Below the pieces are notes generated by a model. That model saw nothing but the letters and a program-made list of their open reading frames with translations, did not search any database and was not told the origin of the DNA. A stretch of DNA of 64,000 nt from an uncultured virus (IMG/VR IMGVR_UViG_3300042808_000075) (lineage: Duplodnaviria; Heunggongvirae; Uroviricota; Caudoviricetes), in IMG/VR virus record IMGVR_UViG_3300042808_000075; one strand, given 5' to 3'. Below are positions 9,551 through 18,927 of the stretch, piece after piece (position 1 is the first letter of the stretch; the number at the start of each line of letters is the position of its first letter). Made by a program: the position numbers and the translations under genes.

Positions 9551-10579
9551 TTATTTTTCGTAAATAACTGTTCTATTGGAAGTGATTTTAGTAATATCTT
9601 CAAGATAAATTTTTTCAATTGGTTCTTGGTTATAGCGTTCACCTGTTTTAATACTCCAATTAGTAGCCTGATAAGTTGAAATGTCGTAATTTTTGTTATT
9701 TAATGCCCGAATCAAATAAATAATAGAATAAGATGCTTCAATGATTTGTCCTTCGATACTATCTTTGTAATATGTGCGTTTATTTTCATCTCTCCCCATG
9801 ATGTGAAGTTTTACTGTTTTAACAGATTTTTCCAAAGGTATAAGTGCTTCATAAAGTTTCTTTTTAATTTGTGCTTTTTCGTCTGGTTTATAGTTATCTA
9901 GTTTGTTTTTTGCCAGATAATATTTTTTCAAATAACGAATTATACCGAAATATTGTTCTGTTGTTTTGAATTCTTTGATAAAGTCATTAATTTCTTTCTT
10001 ATTGTCCAGAATATAATTAAGAATTGTTTCGTTTTTAAATTCTTTATCAATAGTAGGAGTGAATTGTAGATTTTTGTTTTTTGTATAACAATCTTTCCAA
10101 TCCATGTAATCGATTTCTTCTTCGCTGATTGGTTTTTTAATAAGAGTATCGGGAATATCATTTGTGGTTTTATATGTTGTTTGTAATTCATCAATAATTG
10201 TTTGTAAGCAGTTATCAATGAATTGCTTTTTGATTGTACCAAGATTTTCGCCTATCCATTGATAAGTGTTTTTATAATCATATAGTTTGTATGGTACATC
10301 AAAAAACTTATCAACTTTTTCAACATATACGCCAGTATATTGCAATTCATTTCTTGAATTGGTGATATCATTGATAAATGAATTGTTTTGATATACAATA
10401 GAAGAAGAATAGATAACGGTAAACTCGCCGCAGATAACTTTGGAATATAATTTCCCGTAAAGTTTTTTATCACTAAAATCTGTATCAAAGAGAACGATTT
10501 GGCTTTGGGTTTTATCTTTCAAAAACTCATAGAATTTTTCGCAATATTCCTCGTTACTAAGTCTTTTAAAATTGTTCAT
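9551..10579 (-). CDS. Hypothetical protein, paralog of 3216..4247
   Basis: 342 aa; end-to-end similarity. Confidence 0.9.
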   Translation of the reverse strand: MNNFKRLSNEEYCEKFYEFLKDKTQSQIVLFDTDFSDKKLYGKLYSKVICGEFTVIYSSSIVYQNNSFINDITNSRNELQYTGVYVEKVDKFFDVPYKLYDYKNTYQWIGENLGTIKKQFIDNCLQTIIDELQTTYKTTNDIPDTLIKKPISEEEIDYMDWKDCYTKNKNLQFTPTIDKEFKNETILNYILDNKKEINDFIKEFKTTEQYFGIIRYLKKYYLAKNKLDNYKPDEKAQIKKKLYEALIPLEKSVKTVKLHIMGRDENKRTYYKDSIEGQIIEASYSIIYLIRALNNKNYDISTYQATNWSIKTGERYNQEPIEKIYLEDITKITSNRTVIYEK

Positions 10580-10686
10580 TTTATATATCTCCTTTATTTT
10601 AAATTTATAGTTTATTATAACATATAAATTTATATTTGTAAAGAAAAAACCACCTTTTTAATTAGGTGGTTTTAGTAGTTTATTTT

Positions 10687-11010
10687 TCAATGTTTGAATT
10701 TAATATTTCCGTAAACAATAATATCTTCATTGTCAAGTTCAACAAAATCCCAAGAATTCAAATCTTCATTATAGTAACAAAGAATTGATTCAGGATTTTT
10801 AACCATACGTTCCATTGTTGCTTTATCAACTTGCAAAGTAAACGCAGAACCATTGTTGATTAAAAAACAAAGAAGAGAAAAATCTTGATGCTCGTTATTA
10901 GTAATTAAGCACAATTCATGATTACAATCTTCACTGCGTCCACCGTATACATACTTTTTGCAAGTTTCACACCATGCAATTTCTTTATACCTCAGTTCTT
11001 TAAATTTCAT
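10687..11010 (-). CDS. Hypothetical protein
   Basis: 107 aa, CxxC; cassette promoter and RBS. Confidence 0.8.
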   Translation of the reverse strand: MKFKELRYKEIAWCETCKKYVYGGRSEDCNHELCLITNNEHQDFSLLCFLINNGSAFTLQVDKATMERMVKNPESILCYYNEDLNSWDFVELDNEDIIVYGNIKFKH

Positions 11011-11160
11011 TTTGTTTATCTCCTTTGTTTTTATTTTATGATTTATTATAGCATTTTAATTTAATCTTGTAAAGAAAAAATCACTTTTTATTTTTCTCTT
11101 TACATATAAGTAACAAAATGATATAATTAATAATAGAGTAAGAGAAAAGGAGAAATAATA

Positions 11161-11334
11161 ATGAACGGATATATTGGCTTTCACAAAGGAAAACAATATG
11201 AGATATTTGCAAATACCTCATATGAAGCACAACAGAAATTAGCCAAACAATTGAAAGTAAAAAAGGCATATGAAATTACAGTTGTATTAGCTGAAAAAGA
11301 AGGGAAAAGCGTAACACATACAGCAACATTTTAA
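11161..11334 (+). CDS. 57-aa small phage protein
   Basis: MNGYIGFHKGKQYEIFANTSYEAQQKLAKQ...; own + strand promoter, AAGGAG RBS, terminator. Confidence 0.85.
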   Translation: MNGYIGFHKGKQYEIFANTSYEAQQKLAKQLKVKKAYEITVVLAEKEGKSVTHTATF

Positions 11335-11388
11335 AAGAGGTATTTAACCTCTTTTTTTGTGTTTAATATTCAGAATATTCTTATAAAT

Positions 11389-11426
11389 AAAAAACGGCAT
11401 CCCTCCGAATCAGACCCCTATCATCT
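11389..11426 (-). ncRNA. Candidate small RNA, copy 2
   Basis: AGATGATAGGGGTCTGATTCGGAGGGATGCCG plus T-tract behind TTTACT-17-TATAAT. Confidence 0.55.
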
Positions 11427-11481
11427 ACTTTTATTATACTATATATAAAATAAAAAGTAAAGGAAAATGTGGTATTTCCCT

Positions 11482-12012
11482 TTACAGTTTAATTATATCA
11501 AACCTTCTAATATCGTTAACCATGATGTTTTTATCAGGCAATAAGATTTGTACATGTTTCTTATTGTTCCAAGGTTTCAAGGTTTCAATCAATGAAAAGT
11601 TAAACAATACACGTTTAATTATACCTGTTTCAATTTCGCCATTGTATTCAATATCGATGGTATCATTATAAACACAAGCAGTATTGATGATATAGTTATA
11701 GCGAATAAGATGTTGAACAATTTTTAAATACTCATTGTACCAGTTGTTATCGATGAATGTTTTCCCTTTTACGATGTTGAGTGCATTTAGGCAAGTTTCT
11801 TTATCAGTAAAAAACAATTCCTGTACAGCATGTTTTTCTTTATTATCTTTGGTTAAAACGATAAATCCAGTAGTGCAATCGGTAGCACCATTGATTTCAA
11901 TCACTGTCCCACTGAACATTTTTTTAAAAGATATATCTTTATTTATTTCCATATCAAGTCCATAAACAGTATCGCCAAGTTTAGCAACTAAAGGCTGATC
12001 TAAATTTTTCAT
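11482..12012 (-). CDS. Hypothetical protein
   Basis: 176 aa, GGGAG RBS. Confidence 0.8.
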   Translation of the reverse strand: MKNLDQPLVAKLGDTVYGLDMEINKDISFKKMFSGTVIEINGATDCTTGFIVLTKDNKEKHAVQELFFTDKETCLNALNIVKGKTFIDNNWYNEYLKIVQHLIRYNYIINTACVYNDTIDIEYNGEIETGIIKRVLFNFSLIETLKPWNNKKHVQILLPDKNIMVNDIRRFDIIKL

Positions 12013-12056
12013 CTTCTTATCTCCCTTTATGTTATATTATATTTACCAAAATAAGC

Positions 12057-12287
12057 CTATTTAAACGAAAGCAATCTCCAAGATTGGCAACATTTTTTAA
12101 CAATACAAATAGCCTGTTCTTTGGTGATTTTTTTGATTGGCGTATCGTATTGAAAACCCATAAAAGTAAGTTCGCCGTTATTGGAACTGATTTTAATTTC
12201 AGAAGTGGCGTGTTTTTTTGAAACAAATTTATATAGATACAAATTCTCATTTTCGATAATGGAATAAACTTTTTGTTCTGCTGTCAT
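12057..12287 (-). CDS. Hypothetical protein
   Basis: 76 aa; cassette promoter and RBS. Confidence 0.75.
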   Translation of the reverse strand: MTAEQKVYSIIENENLYLYKFVSKKHATSEIKISSNNGELTFMGFQYDTPIKKITKEQAICIVKKCCQSWRLLSFK

Positions 12288-12401
12288 ATTTATTATCTCC
12301 TTTTTGTTTTATAATTAATTATAACATATATATTGAATTTTGTAAAGAAAAAACCACCTTTTAATTAGGTGGTTTTTAATGATTTGTTAAGATTATGCGT
12401 A

Positions 12402-12776
12402 TTATTTAATATTGGTTTTTAAATAGTGCAAAAGGAAATTTTTGCCATCTGATTGTCGAAACAAATTAATATAAACTTCATTTTCATCCATCAACATTTT
12501 TTTATCAATAGCAAGCAAATATTCTGCTTGACATTTTGTTTGGTTTTTCCATGAAATCATTTCGCCATCTTTCATAATTGCGGTTACACAAAACAAAGTT
12601 GCACTATCTTCTGAAAAGAAATTTAGGTAATTAATGTTTGATTTTTTTGGAAAAAAAATGGCGTTTTTCAATTCTTCTTCTGTAAAATGATTAAAATTAA
12701 TATTGGTTTTAAAATCCTCCACAAAAACACCATTATCAAATACAACAGTATCACAATCAAAAGGTTTATTATTCAT
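12402..12776 (-). CDS. Hypothetical protein
   Basis: 124 aa; cassette promoter and RBS. Confidence 0.8.
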   Translation of the reverse strand: MNNKPFDCDTVVFDNGVFVEDFKTNINFNHFTEEELKNAIFFPKKSNINYLNFFSEDSATLFCVTAIMKDGEMISWKNQTKCQAEYLLAIDKKMLMDENEVYINLFRQSDGKNFLLHYLKTNIK

Positions 12777-12863
12777 TTTTCTTATCTCCTTTTTATTTTA
12801 TAATTTATTATAACATATATATTTAAATATGTAAAGAAAAAACCACCTAATTAGGTGGTTTTT
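12777..12863 (-). promoter_or_regulatory. Representative copy of the repeated terminator-promoter-RBS junction
   Basis: AAAACCACCTAATTAGGTGGTTTTTTC TTTACA-17-(TGT)TATAAT AAATTATAAAATAAAAAGGAGATAA..ATG. Confidence 0.9.
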
Positions 12864-12868
12864 ATTGG

Positions 12869-13519
12869 TTATTTGCAAAGTTTTGTGTAAATAGTAAAAA
12901 CTTCATTTACATTTCTTGTTTTTGCAAAAAGCATTTCAGAAAAAACACTGTTTTTATGTTTGTCGAAAAACTTTTCCATGTTTTCTTCATTTTCAAGAGG
13001 TTTTTCGGCATTCATAATTACTTCAAACTCTTGTTGTAGTTTGTCGATATATTGATTGGCTTGATCTCTGGTATCAAACAATAAATATTCAGATTCATTC
13101 AAAAAGGTTAATTTGTTTTCTTTGGTAATCGGTAAGCCGCTACTCATTGAAGAAGAAGAAAGTTTGATGTAATATTTCCAAGCGGCATTTTTCCAACCTT
13201 CTATAGTTGTTTTTCTGATTTGTTCGCCGTATTTTTCATTGATAAATTTAACGGGAGAAAGTGAAGATTGACCTAAAAAGATATTCTTTTTTTGCAAAAG
13301 TGCATCGGCAAAGCCATCACGAACAGCTTTGATAGCAATATCTTCCTGACCTGCAAATAACGAATATTTAATAATCGATGTTTCTTTTTCCATGTAAGGG
13401 TTAAAGATTTCAAAGTATTCATTCCCAAAATCATCAGAAATGATTTTTTTTGAGAAACCAAGTTTTGGGAAATATGCAATTTTTTCGCCGTTTACATTTG
13501 TTGTAATTTCAAATTTCAT
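12869..13519 (-). CDS. Hypothetical protein, paralog of 18928..19560
   Basis: Shared GQED.AIKA..DGFAD and PVKFI.EKYG motifs. Confidence 0.85.
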   Translation of the reverse strand: MKFEITTNVNGEKIAYFPKLGFSKKIISDDFGNEYFEIFNPYMEKETSIIKYSLFAGQEDIAIKAVRDGFADALLQKKNIFLGQSSLSPVKFINEKYGEQIRKTTIEGWKNAAWKYYIKLSSSSMSSGLPITKENKLTFLNESEYLLFDTRDQANQYIDKLQQEFEVIMNAEKPLENEENMEKFFDKHKNSVFSEMLFAKTRNVNEVFTIYTKLCK

Positions 13520-13534
13520 GTTTTTATCTCCTTT

Positions 13535-13726
13535 TTATTTATTGTTCATTTTAAAGCGTTCAATAAGAGTTTCAATATGATTCAATACACAAGGAAATTC
13601 TGCGCCGCTATCGTCAGAGGTATCAAATGGGCATGAGTTTTTGTTACAATCACCGACTTTGTTACACATATCAATTGTTTTTTGCCAAACCTCCTGTGCC
13701 GCCGTTAGTTTTTGTTCGTTCGTCAT
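13535..13726 (-). CDS. Small Cys-rich hypothetical protein
   Basis: 63 aa; cassette promoter and RBS. Confidence 0.75.
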   Translation of the reverse strand: MTNEQKLTAAQEVWQKTIDMCNKVGDCNKNSCPFDTSDDSGAEFPCVLNHIETLIERFKMNNK

Positions 13727-13849
13727 TATTACCGCTCCTTTGTTTTTATTTTATAATTTATTATAACATATTAATTTAAAATTGTAAAGAAAAAAACTAC
13801 CTAATTAGGTAGTTTTTTATTTGTTATATTTGCTAATTATCTCCCTGTT

Positions 13850-14158
13850 TTATTTGTTTTTCAATTTCAATCTGCCATTTTTATATTCATATTCAGGTTC
13901 TTTGTATGGTTCTTCAAAACCTTGCGATTTATAAAGTTCGTTAATTATTTTTCTGTTACTATTTGTTCTTTCTTTGATTTGATTTCTGGTAAGAGTTGAA
14001 TGGTTATGGTATTCAACGCTTTTTTCCCAATATTGACCACACTTGACACATTGTACAGTAAAAATACTTTTACCAGAAGATGATTTCGATTCGCTAACGA
14101 TTTTACCAGATGTAAAATTACAATTATGACAATACTCCATCCTTTTAGGTAAGTTCAT
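13850..14158 (-). CDS. Zn-ribbon hypothetical protein
   Basis: CHNC...CVKC. Confidence 0.8.
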   Translation of the reverse strand: MNLPKRMEYCHNCNFTSGKIVSESKSSSGKSIFTVQCVKCGQYWEKSVEYHNHSTLTRNQIKERTNSNRKIINELYKSQGFEEPYKEPEYEYKNGRLKLKNK

Positions 14159-14232
14159 TTTTATTATCTCCTTTGTTTTTATTTTATAATTTATTATAAC
14201 ATATTAATTTAAAATTGTAAAGAAAAAACTAC

Positions 14233-14532
14233 CTAATTAGATAGTTTTTCATTTGCTATATTTGCTAATTGTCCTGAATATTTCAAAATTACTTTTCTGG
14301 CTGATACTATTTGTTTTTCTGTTAGTCTATTAGATTGCATTATTTGCTCTGCTAGGCTACTAAGGAAACGTGCATCGACTCCATTAAACCCCTTACCATT
14401 TGTTACGTTTGTTTCTTTTATTTGCTGTTCTTCTGATGTTTGTTTGTTATAAATTGCCACTATACCACGTAAAACAGCTTTATCATTTGTTTTCAACATT
14501 TCTTTAATTTCTTCTTTAGTCCATTTTTTCAT
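14233..14532 (-). CDS. Hypothetical phage protein
   Basis: NGKGFNGVDA..LSSLAEQ motif; cassette. Confidence 0.85.
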   Translation of the reverse strand: MKKWTKEEIKEMLKTNDKAVLRGIVAIYNKQTSEEQQIKETNVTNGKGFNGVDARFLSSLAEQIMQSNRLTEKQIVSARKVILKYSGQLANIANEKLSN

Positions 14533-14642
14533 TCTTTATTATCTCCTTTTATGTTTTATCTTGTGACTTATTATAACATATTAATATAAAATTGTAAATA
14601 AAAATATTTATTTAATTGATAAAAAAGTGAACCAATATTGGT

Positions 14643-14918
14643 TCACTTTTTTATCAATTCTTTTAATTGTGTTTTTTTACCACATTCGCCACATTCGCCA
14701 ATATCAGATATTTTATTAATAACAAATTTTGTGCTATTAATTGTAGTTACAAGATTATTGTTTTCATAATGAATAGGAAACTCCAAATCTTCCCTATGCT
14801 CTCCTGCACAAGTTTGCAATAATAAAAGTTGATTTGATTTGTTGCAAACTAGCCCACCTAAAGAAACATATACTGTATTAATTTTTCCACAATCAGGGCA
14901 AATTAATTTGTTCGTCAT
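14643..14918 (-). CDS. Zn-ribbon hypothetical protein
   Basis: CPDCG...CGECG. Confidence 0.8.
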   Translation of the reverse strand: MTNKLICPDCGKINTVYVSLGGLVCNKSNQLLLLQTCAGEHREDLEFPIHYENNNLVTTINSTKFVINKISDIGECGECGKKTQLKELIKK

Positions 14919-14925
14919 TATAATA

Positions 14926-15624
14926 TCACCCTTCTTCCAAATTTAAACGTAAACGATTCAATTTGAATATTTTTTCGATAATTTGATCATATCTGTTATG
15001 GTATTCTTGTTCAATAAACATTTTATATTCTTTCAAAGAATTAGGTTTCCAAAGAAATTCAATACACTCAAAGCATTCAAAATCAGCATTGTAATGAGGG
15101 ATTTCTTTAATAATATTTCCTTGCTTGTCAGTAATAAATGTAATATCGGTACGTTGTTCAAGTGCTTTTTGCATTAATTTTAAATCATAATTATAATTGT
15201 TTGTTCTTGCTGTGATATAATCAAAGCAAATGAGAGTTGGAATATATTCCAAATTCTCATCATAAAATGTATGATTGCTATGTTGAACACCCAAGACCAT
15301 AACACTATCGACCCCATTCTCCTGTATAAAAGTGAATGGTTTTTTAATTTCTTTTTGTCCTTTTATTAATTTATCCATTGCTGTTGAAAAATCATTGTTT
15401 AAAATAATATCTAAACAATTTTTTTCAACAAGAGCAAAAAACAAATTTTTTGTGTTTTGTTTGCCAGTATATTTCAAATATTCCGAAACAATTTCTTTGG
15501 TTTTACCTGTTCGGTTTGTTTTTTCAGTAATAGTTTCTTTAGTAACAGTGAAAAATTTATTTAAATAAATAATTCCCTCTTTGACTACTACTGTTTTCAC
15601 TGTTGTTTTTGTTGTTATTTTCAT
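14926..15624 (-). CDS. Hypothetical protein
   Basis: 232 aa; cassette promoter and RBS. Confidence 0.85.
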   Translation of the reverse strand: MKITTKTTVKTVVVKEGIIYLNKFFTVTKETITEKTNRTGKTKEIVSEYLKYTGKQNTKNLFFALVEKNCLDIILNNDFSTAMDKLIKGQKEIKKPFTFIQENGVDSVMVLGVQHSNHTFYDENLEYIPTLICFDYITARTNNYNYDLKLMQKALEQRTDITFITDKQGNIIKEIPHYNADFECFECIEFLWKPNSLKEYKMFIEQEYHNRYDQIIEKIFKLNRLRLNLEEG

Positions 15625-15727
15625 TTTTTATCTCCTTTGCTTTTATGTTATAATTAATTATAACATATTTATTTAAAATTGTAAACAAAAAACCATCTAA
15701 ATGTTTAGATGGTTTTTGTGATTTTAT

Positions 15728-16123
15728 TTAAAATGTGTTAAAATCAATTTTCAGTTTTGAACTATCTTTAACAACTTTTTCTTTTGCAAAATCAACATTG
15801 TCAATAAAAACCCCTTCAATGAAAAAATTAGTTTCATAATTTACACATTGTTGTGCAATGTATTCTTTTGCTTGTTCAAGTGTGCCAATAAAAACAACTG
15901 TTTTATCTTCTCCGCAACATCCGAACGCTTGATAAACCATATAGGCTAAATAGGTGAATTCAACCGAATCAACATTGAAAAAATCATAAGGTACTTTATA
16001 TTCTTTTTCACAATCTTTGGTAGTTAAAACAACATAATCATCCCAAAAATCATCAATTACATATGTTTTGTTATTAACACTAACTAATTGATTTACTTCA
16101 TATTCTTTGCCGTTGATGTTCAT
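15728..16123 (-). CDS. Hypothetical protein
   Basis: 131 aa; cassette. Confidence 0.8.
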   Translation of the reverse strand: MNINGKEYEVNQLVSVNNKTYVIDDFWDDYVVLTTKDCEKEYKVPYDFFNVDSVEFTYLAYMVYQAFGCCGEDKTVVFIGTLEQAKEYIAQQCVNYETNFFIEGVFIDNVDFAKEKVVKDSSKLKIDFNTF

Positions 16124-16200
16124 TTTCTTATCTCCTTTGTTTTTTCTTATAATTTATTATAACATATTGTTTTACGTTTGTAAAGGAAAGTTTTTCTTTT

Positions 16201-16632
16201 TTAAAGTCCTAATAATTGTTTTTCCTCATCGGTGAGTTTTGATAGTGCTTGCTGTTTTTTTAATTCATCAGTTTTTGATCTCAAATTCAACTGTACGCTA
16301 TTGAACATGGTACTTGGAGAAACGTTGATTTCAATATTCTTTTCATTAAAAGCGTCTTGGATGATTTTTGCCCGTTCAAAAGAATGTGCATTTGCTAATT
16401 TTATATTAAAATCTCTGTCCAATGTGTAAACGGTAATATTCACAATGTCTTTTGTTGGACTATAAGTCAATTTAGGAAGTTCAATTTCAGTGAAGGTCAA
16501 TTTGTAATATTGGAATTTAGCTAAATGAAATGCAATATCATGAAGTTTTCCTGTGAAAGTACCTAAATTCTGATTATGTTCCCCTTCAACATCGGATTCT
16601 GTTGTTACTTGCCAAACGCTATCAATGTTCAT
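16201..16632 (-). CDS. Hypothetical phage protein
   Basis: WQVTTE.DVEG...LG motif; C-terminal ALSKLTDEEKQLLGL. Confidence 0.85.
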   Translation of the reverse strand: MNIDSVWQVTTESDVEGEHNQNLGTFTGKLHDIAFHLAKFQYYKLTFTEIELPKLTYSPTKDIVNITVYTLDRDFNIKLANAHSFERAKIIQDAFNEKNIEINVSPSTMFNSVQLNLRSKTDELKKQQALSKLTDEEKQLLGL

Positions 16633-16714
16633 TTAATTATCTCCTTTTTTGTTTTAATTATATCATATTTGCTTTAATTTGTAAATAAAAAAAGCTATTT
16701 TTAATAATAGCTTT

Positions 16715-16882
16715 TTAATTATTGTAAAATAATTTTGCTTTTAATTCAAAAATCATACGTGGTATTATTTGCAATTTTGGTGAATTTAAAAAATAATAAT
16801 AAATGTACTTGTGATGGATTTTATCAATTTTGCAAAACCTATTGTTAATTTTGTAAATACTATTGATTTTTATTTGTTCCAT
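16715..16882 (-). CDS. 55-aa hypothetical protein
   Basis: MEQIKINSIYKINN...; AAGGAAG RBS. Confidence 0.55.
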   Translation of the reverse strand: MEQIKINSIYKINNRFCKIDKIHHKYIYYYFLNSPKLQIIPRMIFELKAKLFYNN

Positions 16883-17000
16883 TTATCTACTTCCTTTTTT
16901 GTTTTATTTTTACAATTCATTAGTAAAATAAAAACGGGGAAATAACCCCCGTTTTTAGTATCATTACATCTCATAATTTTTTCATATTTTGATTGATTTG

Positions 17001-17042
17001 CTACAGGAAAGGAATTTTCCCGAAGCGCAACAGTTTGCGCAT
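17001..17042 (-). CDS. 13-aa peptide MRKLLRFGKIPFL
   Basis: AAGGAG RBS, ATG..TAG. Confidence 0.7.
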   Translation of the reverse strand: MRKLLRFGKIPFL

Positions 17043-17120
17043 ATGTTTCATTCTCCTTTTTTGCATGATTGAAAATTTATTATCTCATATATCTCTATTT
17101 TTCATATTTAAATTGATTCG

Positions 17121-17162
17121 TCAGATAAATGGAATTTTACCAAGGCGTAACCGTTTGCGCAT
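17121..17162 (-). CDS. 13-aa peptide MRKRLRLGKIPFI
   Basis: AAGGAGG RBS, ATG..TGA; synonymous changes relative to the other copies. Confidence 0.7.
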   Translation of the reverse strand: MRKRLRLGKIPFI

Positions 17163-17237
17163 GTTTTGTCCTCCTTCTTTACTTGATTAAATTTTTCATC
17201 TCATATATCTCTATTTTTTCATATTTTGATTAATTCG

Positions 17238-17279
17238 CTACAGGAAAGGAATTTTCCCGAAGCGCAACAGTTTGCGCAT
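17238..17279 (-). CDS. 13-aa peptide MRKLLRFGKIPFL
   Basis: AAGGAG RBS, ATG..TAG. Confidence 0.7.
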   Translation of the reverse strand: MRKLLRFGKIPFL

Positions 17280-17379
17280 ATGTTTTCTCCTTTTCAATGA
17301 ATTTAATATTTTTTCTTGCAATTTGTTATTAAAGCAATTTTATTTTCGCTGTAAAAATCTCCTTTAACCCTTTACCTGA

Positions 17380-17412
17380 TTATTTTATGATGTAGCACAT
17401 GGTTTTGTGCAT
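17380..17412 (-). CDS. 10-aa peptide MHKTMCYIIK
   Basis: AGAAAGGTGGTGAT RBS just after the promoter at 17440-17468. Confidence 0.5.
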   Translation of the reverse strand: MHKTMCYIIK

Positions 17413-17482
17413 TTGCAATCACCACCTTTCTATATTTTAATTATATCATTTTTATTTAATTTTGTAAAGTTTTTTTTTATTT

Positions 17483-18121
17483 TTAGGCAACTTTTGCTTT
17501 GCGACCACGTTTTTTAGGTGTGCAATCAATATCAACAAATCCAAGGTCAACGGCGATTTGTTTAACTTGCAGAGAACCGTATTTTTCAACAACTTGTTTG
17601 GTCAAATCGTAGAAGTGAATAAACAAGTCGTTAACGGTTTTTTGGTCAGCGTTTTTGCACAAGTGATTATATACTGCAACAGTATTCACTTTACCGTTTT
17701 TGCCTACTTCCAAGCCATCCAGTTCAGCAGGAATAATATCCACTTGCTTCACTTGTTTAACTTTGGTAGCTTTTCTGCCACGTTTGCCGGGAGCAGGTAC
17801 AAGACCCATTTCAATTGCGATCTTTTTAACTTCTTTCAAAGAGTTAATGGCTTTTTTAGTGTTTTCTTCTGCATCAAACCAATCTTTCAAAGCTTGACGT
17901 GCTTCTGCGGTATCACCGTTTTGGAAAACTTTTTCCAATGTTTCAGCGATAGAGTGAACACTGTTGTTCACAGGTTTGCGGCCTCGTTTTTGCGGTGTTT
18001 TGTTGATTTTAGCTTCAAGTTCTGCTACCTTTGCGCGAAGCATTTCTGCTTCATGTGTAGGACAAAGACCGATTTCGTTATCCTTTTTCAAGAATGCTCC
18101 ACATACTGTACATTTTTTCAT
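17483..18121 (-). CDS. Zn-finger, coiled-coil and RGRK basic-motif protein; putative DNA-binding; paralog of 59070..60131
   Basis: CxxC-x10-CxxH; three KRGRK motifs; IPAELDGLEVGKNGKV domain. Confidence 0.85.
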   Translation of the reverse strand: MKKCTVCGAFLKKDNEIGLCPTHEAEMLRAKVAELEAKINKTPQKRGRKPVNNSVHSIAETLEKVFQNGDTAEARQALKDWFDAEENTKKAINSLKEVKKIAIEMGLVPAPGKRGRKATKVKQVKQVDIIPAELDGLEVGKNGKVNTVAVYNHLCKNADQKTVNDLFIHFYDLTKQVVEKYGSLQVKQIAVDLGFVDIDCTPKKRGRKAKVA

Positions 18122-18215
18122 TTTTCTTTTCTCCTTTATTTTTTGTTTTTTTGTTTTTACCTTATGATTTATTATAACATTTTAATTTAAATTTGTAAAG
18201 ATTTTTTTAGTGTTT

Positions 18216-18428
18216 TTAGTTTTTATTTTGCTGTCTTTTTTCGTTTGCAAAACTTTTTGCATCAATATAGTTTTCAAATAGATAAATGTATTCATCATAA
18301 TCTTTTTCTGCTTTGTGAAAAAAAATTGGTTGGTATTCATCAGGAACGAACACATTTGCTTCAACTTTACCATCATGAAAAAATTTAACTGATACACAAT
18401 GTTGTTTTTAATTTTTTGTGGGTTTCAT
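18216..18428 (-). pseudogene. 71-codon gene with an in-frame TAA at codon 7
   Basis: Promoter, RBS and ATG, then MKPTKN*KQHCVSVKFFHDGKVEAN...YDEYIYLFENYIDAKSFA in one frame. Confidence 0.7.
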
Positions 18429-18531
18429 TTTTTTCTCCTTTGTTTTTATTTTATAATTAATTATAACATATATATTTAAATTTGTAAATAAAAAACACCC
18501 CTTTAATTAAAGGGGTGTTTTAAAAGCACTT

Positions 18532-18900
18532 TTAATAAAAATCGCCATTTTTTCTTGATGTAGCATATTCAGATTGTTTTTTAAAATATTCGCGAAACAT
18601 AACTGCTTCAGAAGAATTATCGTTTAATGGAATCCAATCAATGACTGATTCGTGATCTCCATGACCGTCCCGATAATGAGAAATGATTTCGCCGCATTCA
18701 CTTTGCCAACTATAGAAATCTGTTAAAATACCTTTTTCATCTTTAACTTTTTCCCGATATGGAGTGCAAATTTTAATAGACAATTCATTTTCAAATCTGT
18801 CACTTGCAATGATACAAATGAATTCTTTATTTGATTCATAACCTTTATTTGTTTTACTTTTGATTTTACATGTTGGAAATGGTTTTTGATTTATGAACAT
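18532..18900 (-). CDS. Hypothetical protein
   Basis: 122 aa, RBS. Confidence 0.8.
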   Translation of the reverse strand: MFINQKPFPTCKIKSKTNKGYESNKEFICIIASDRFENELSIKICTPYREKVKDEKGILTDFYSWQSECGEIISHYRDGHGDHESVIDWIPLNDNSSEAVMFREYFKKQSEYATSRKNGDFY

Positions 18901-18927
18901 GTGTCATTCTCCTTTTTTAATCTGTTT

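Larger units (their letters stand above)
16975..17295 (-). repeat. Three tandem ~118-bp units, each with an RBS and a 13-codon ORF
   Basis: Periods of 120 and 117 bp; downstream terminator AAAAACGGGG..CCCCGTTTTT at ~16930-16956. Confidence 0.9.

Noticed and set aside
12027..12059. Readthrough of TAG at 12057
   Set aside because: Only 9 further codons and no paralog evidence; compatible with chance
17001..17279. CsrA-sponge RNA (ANGGA loops on the + strand)
   Set aside because: Promoter and RBS orientation indicate minus-strand transcription
16975..17295. CRISPR array
   Set aside because: Units are ~118 bp and similar along their length, with no unique spacers; each has an SD and an ORF; no cas genes are seen
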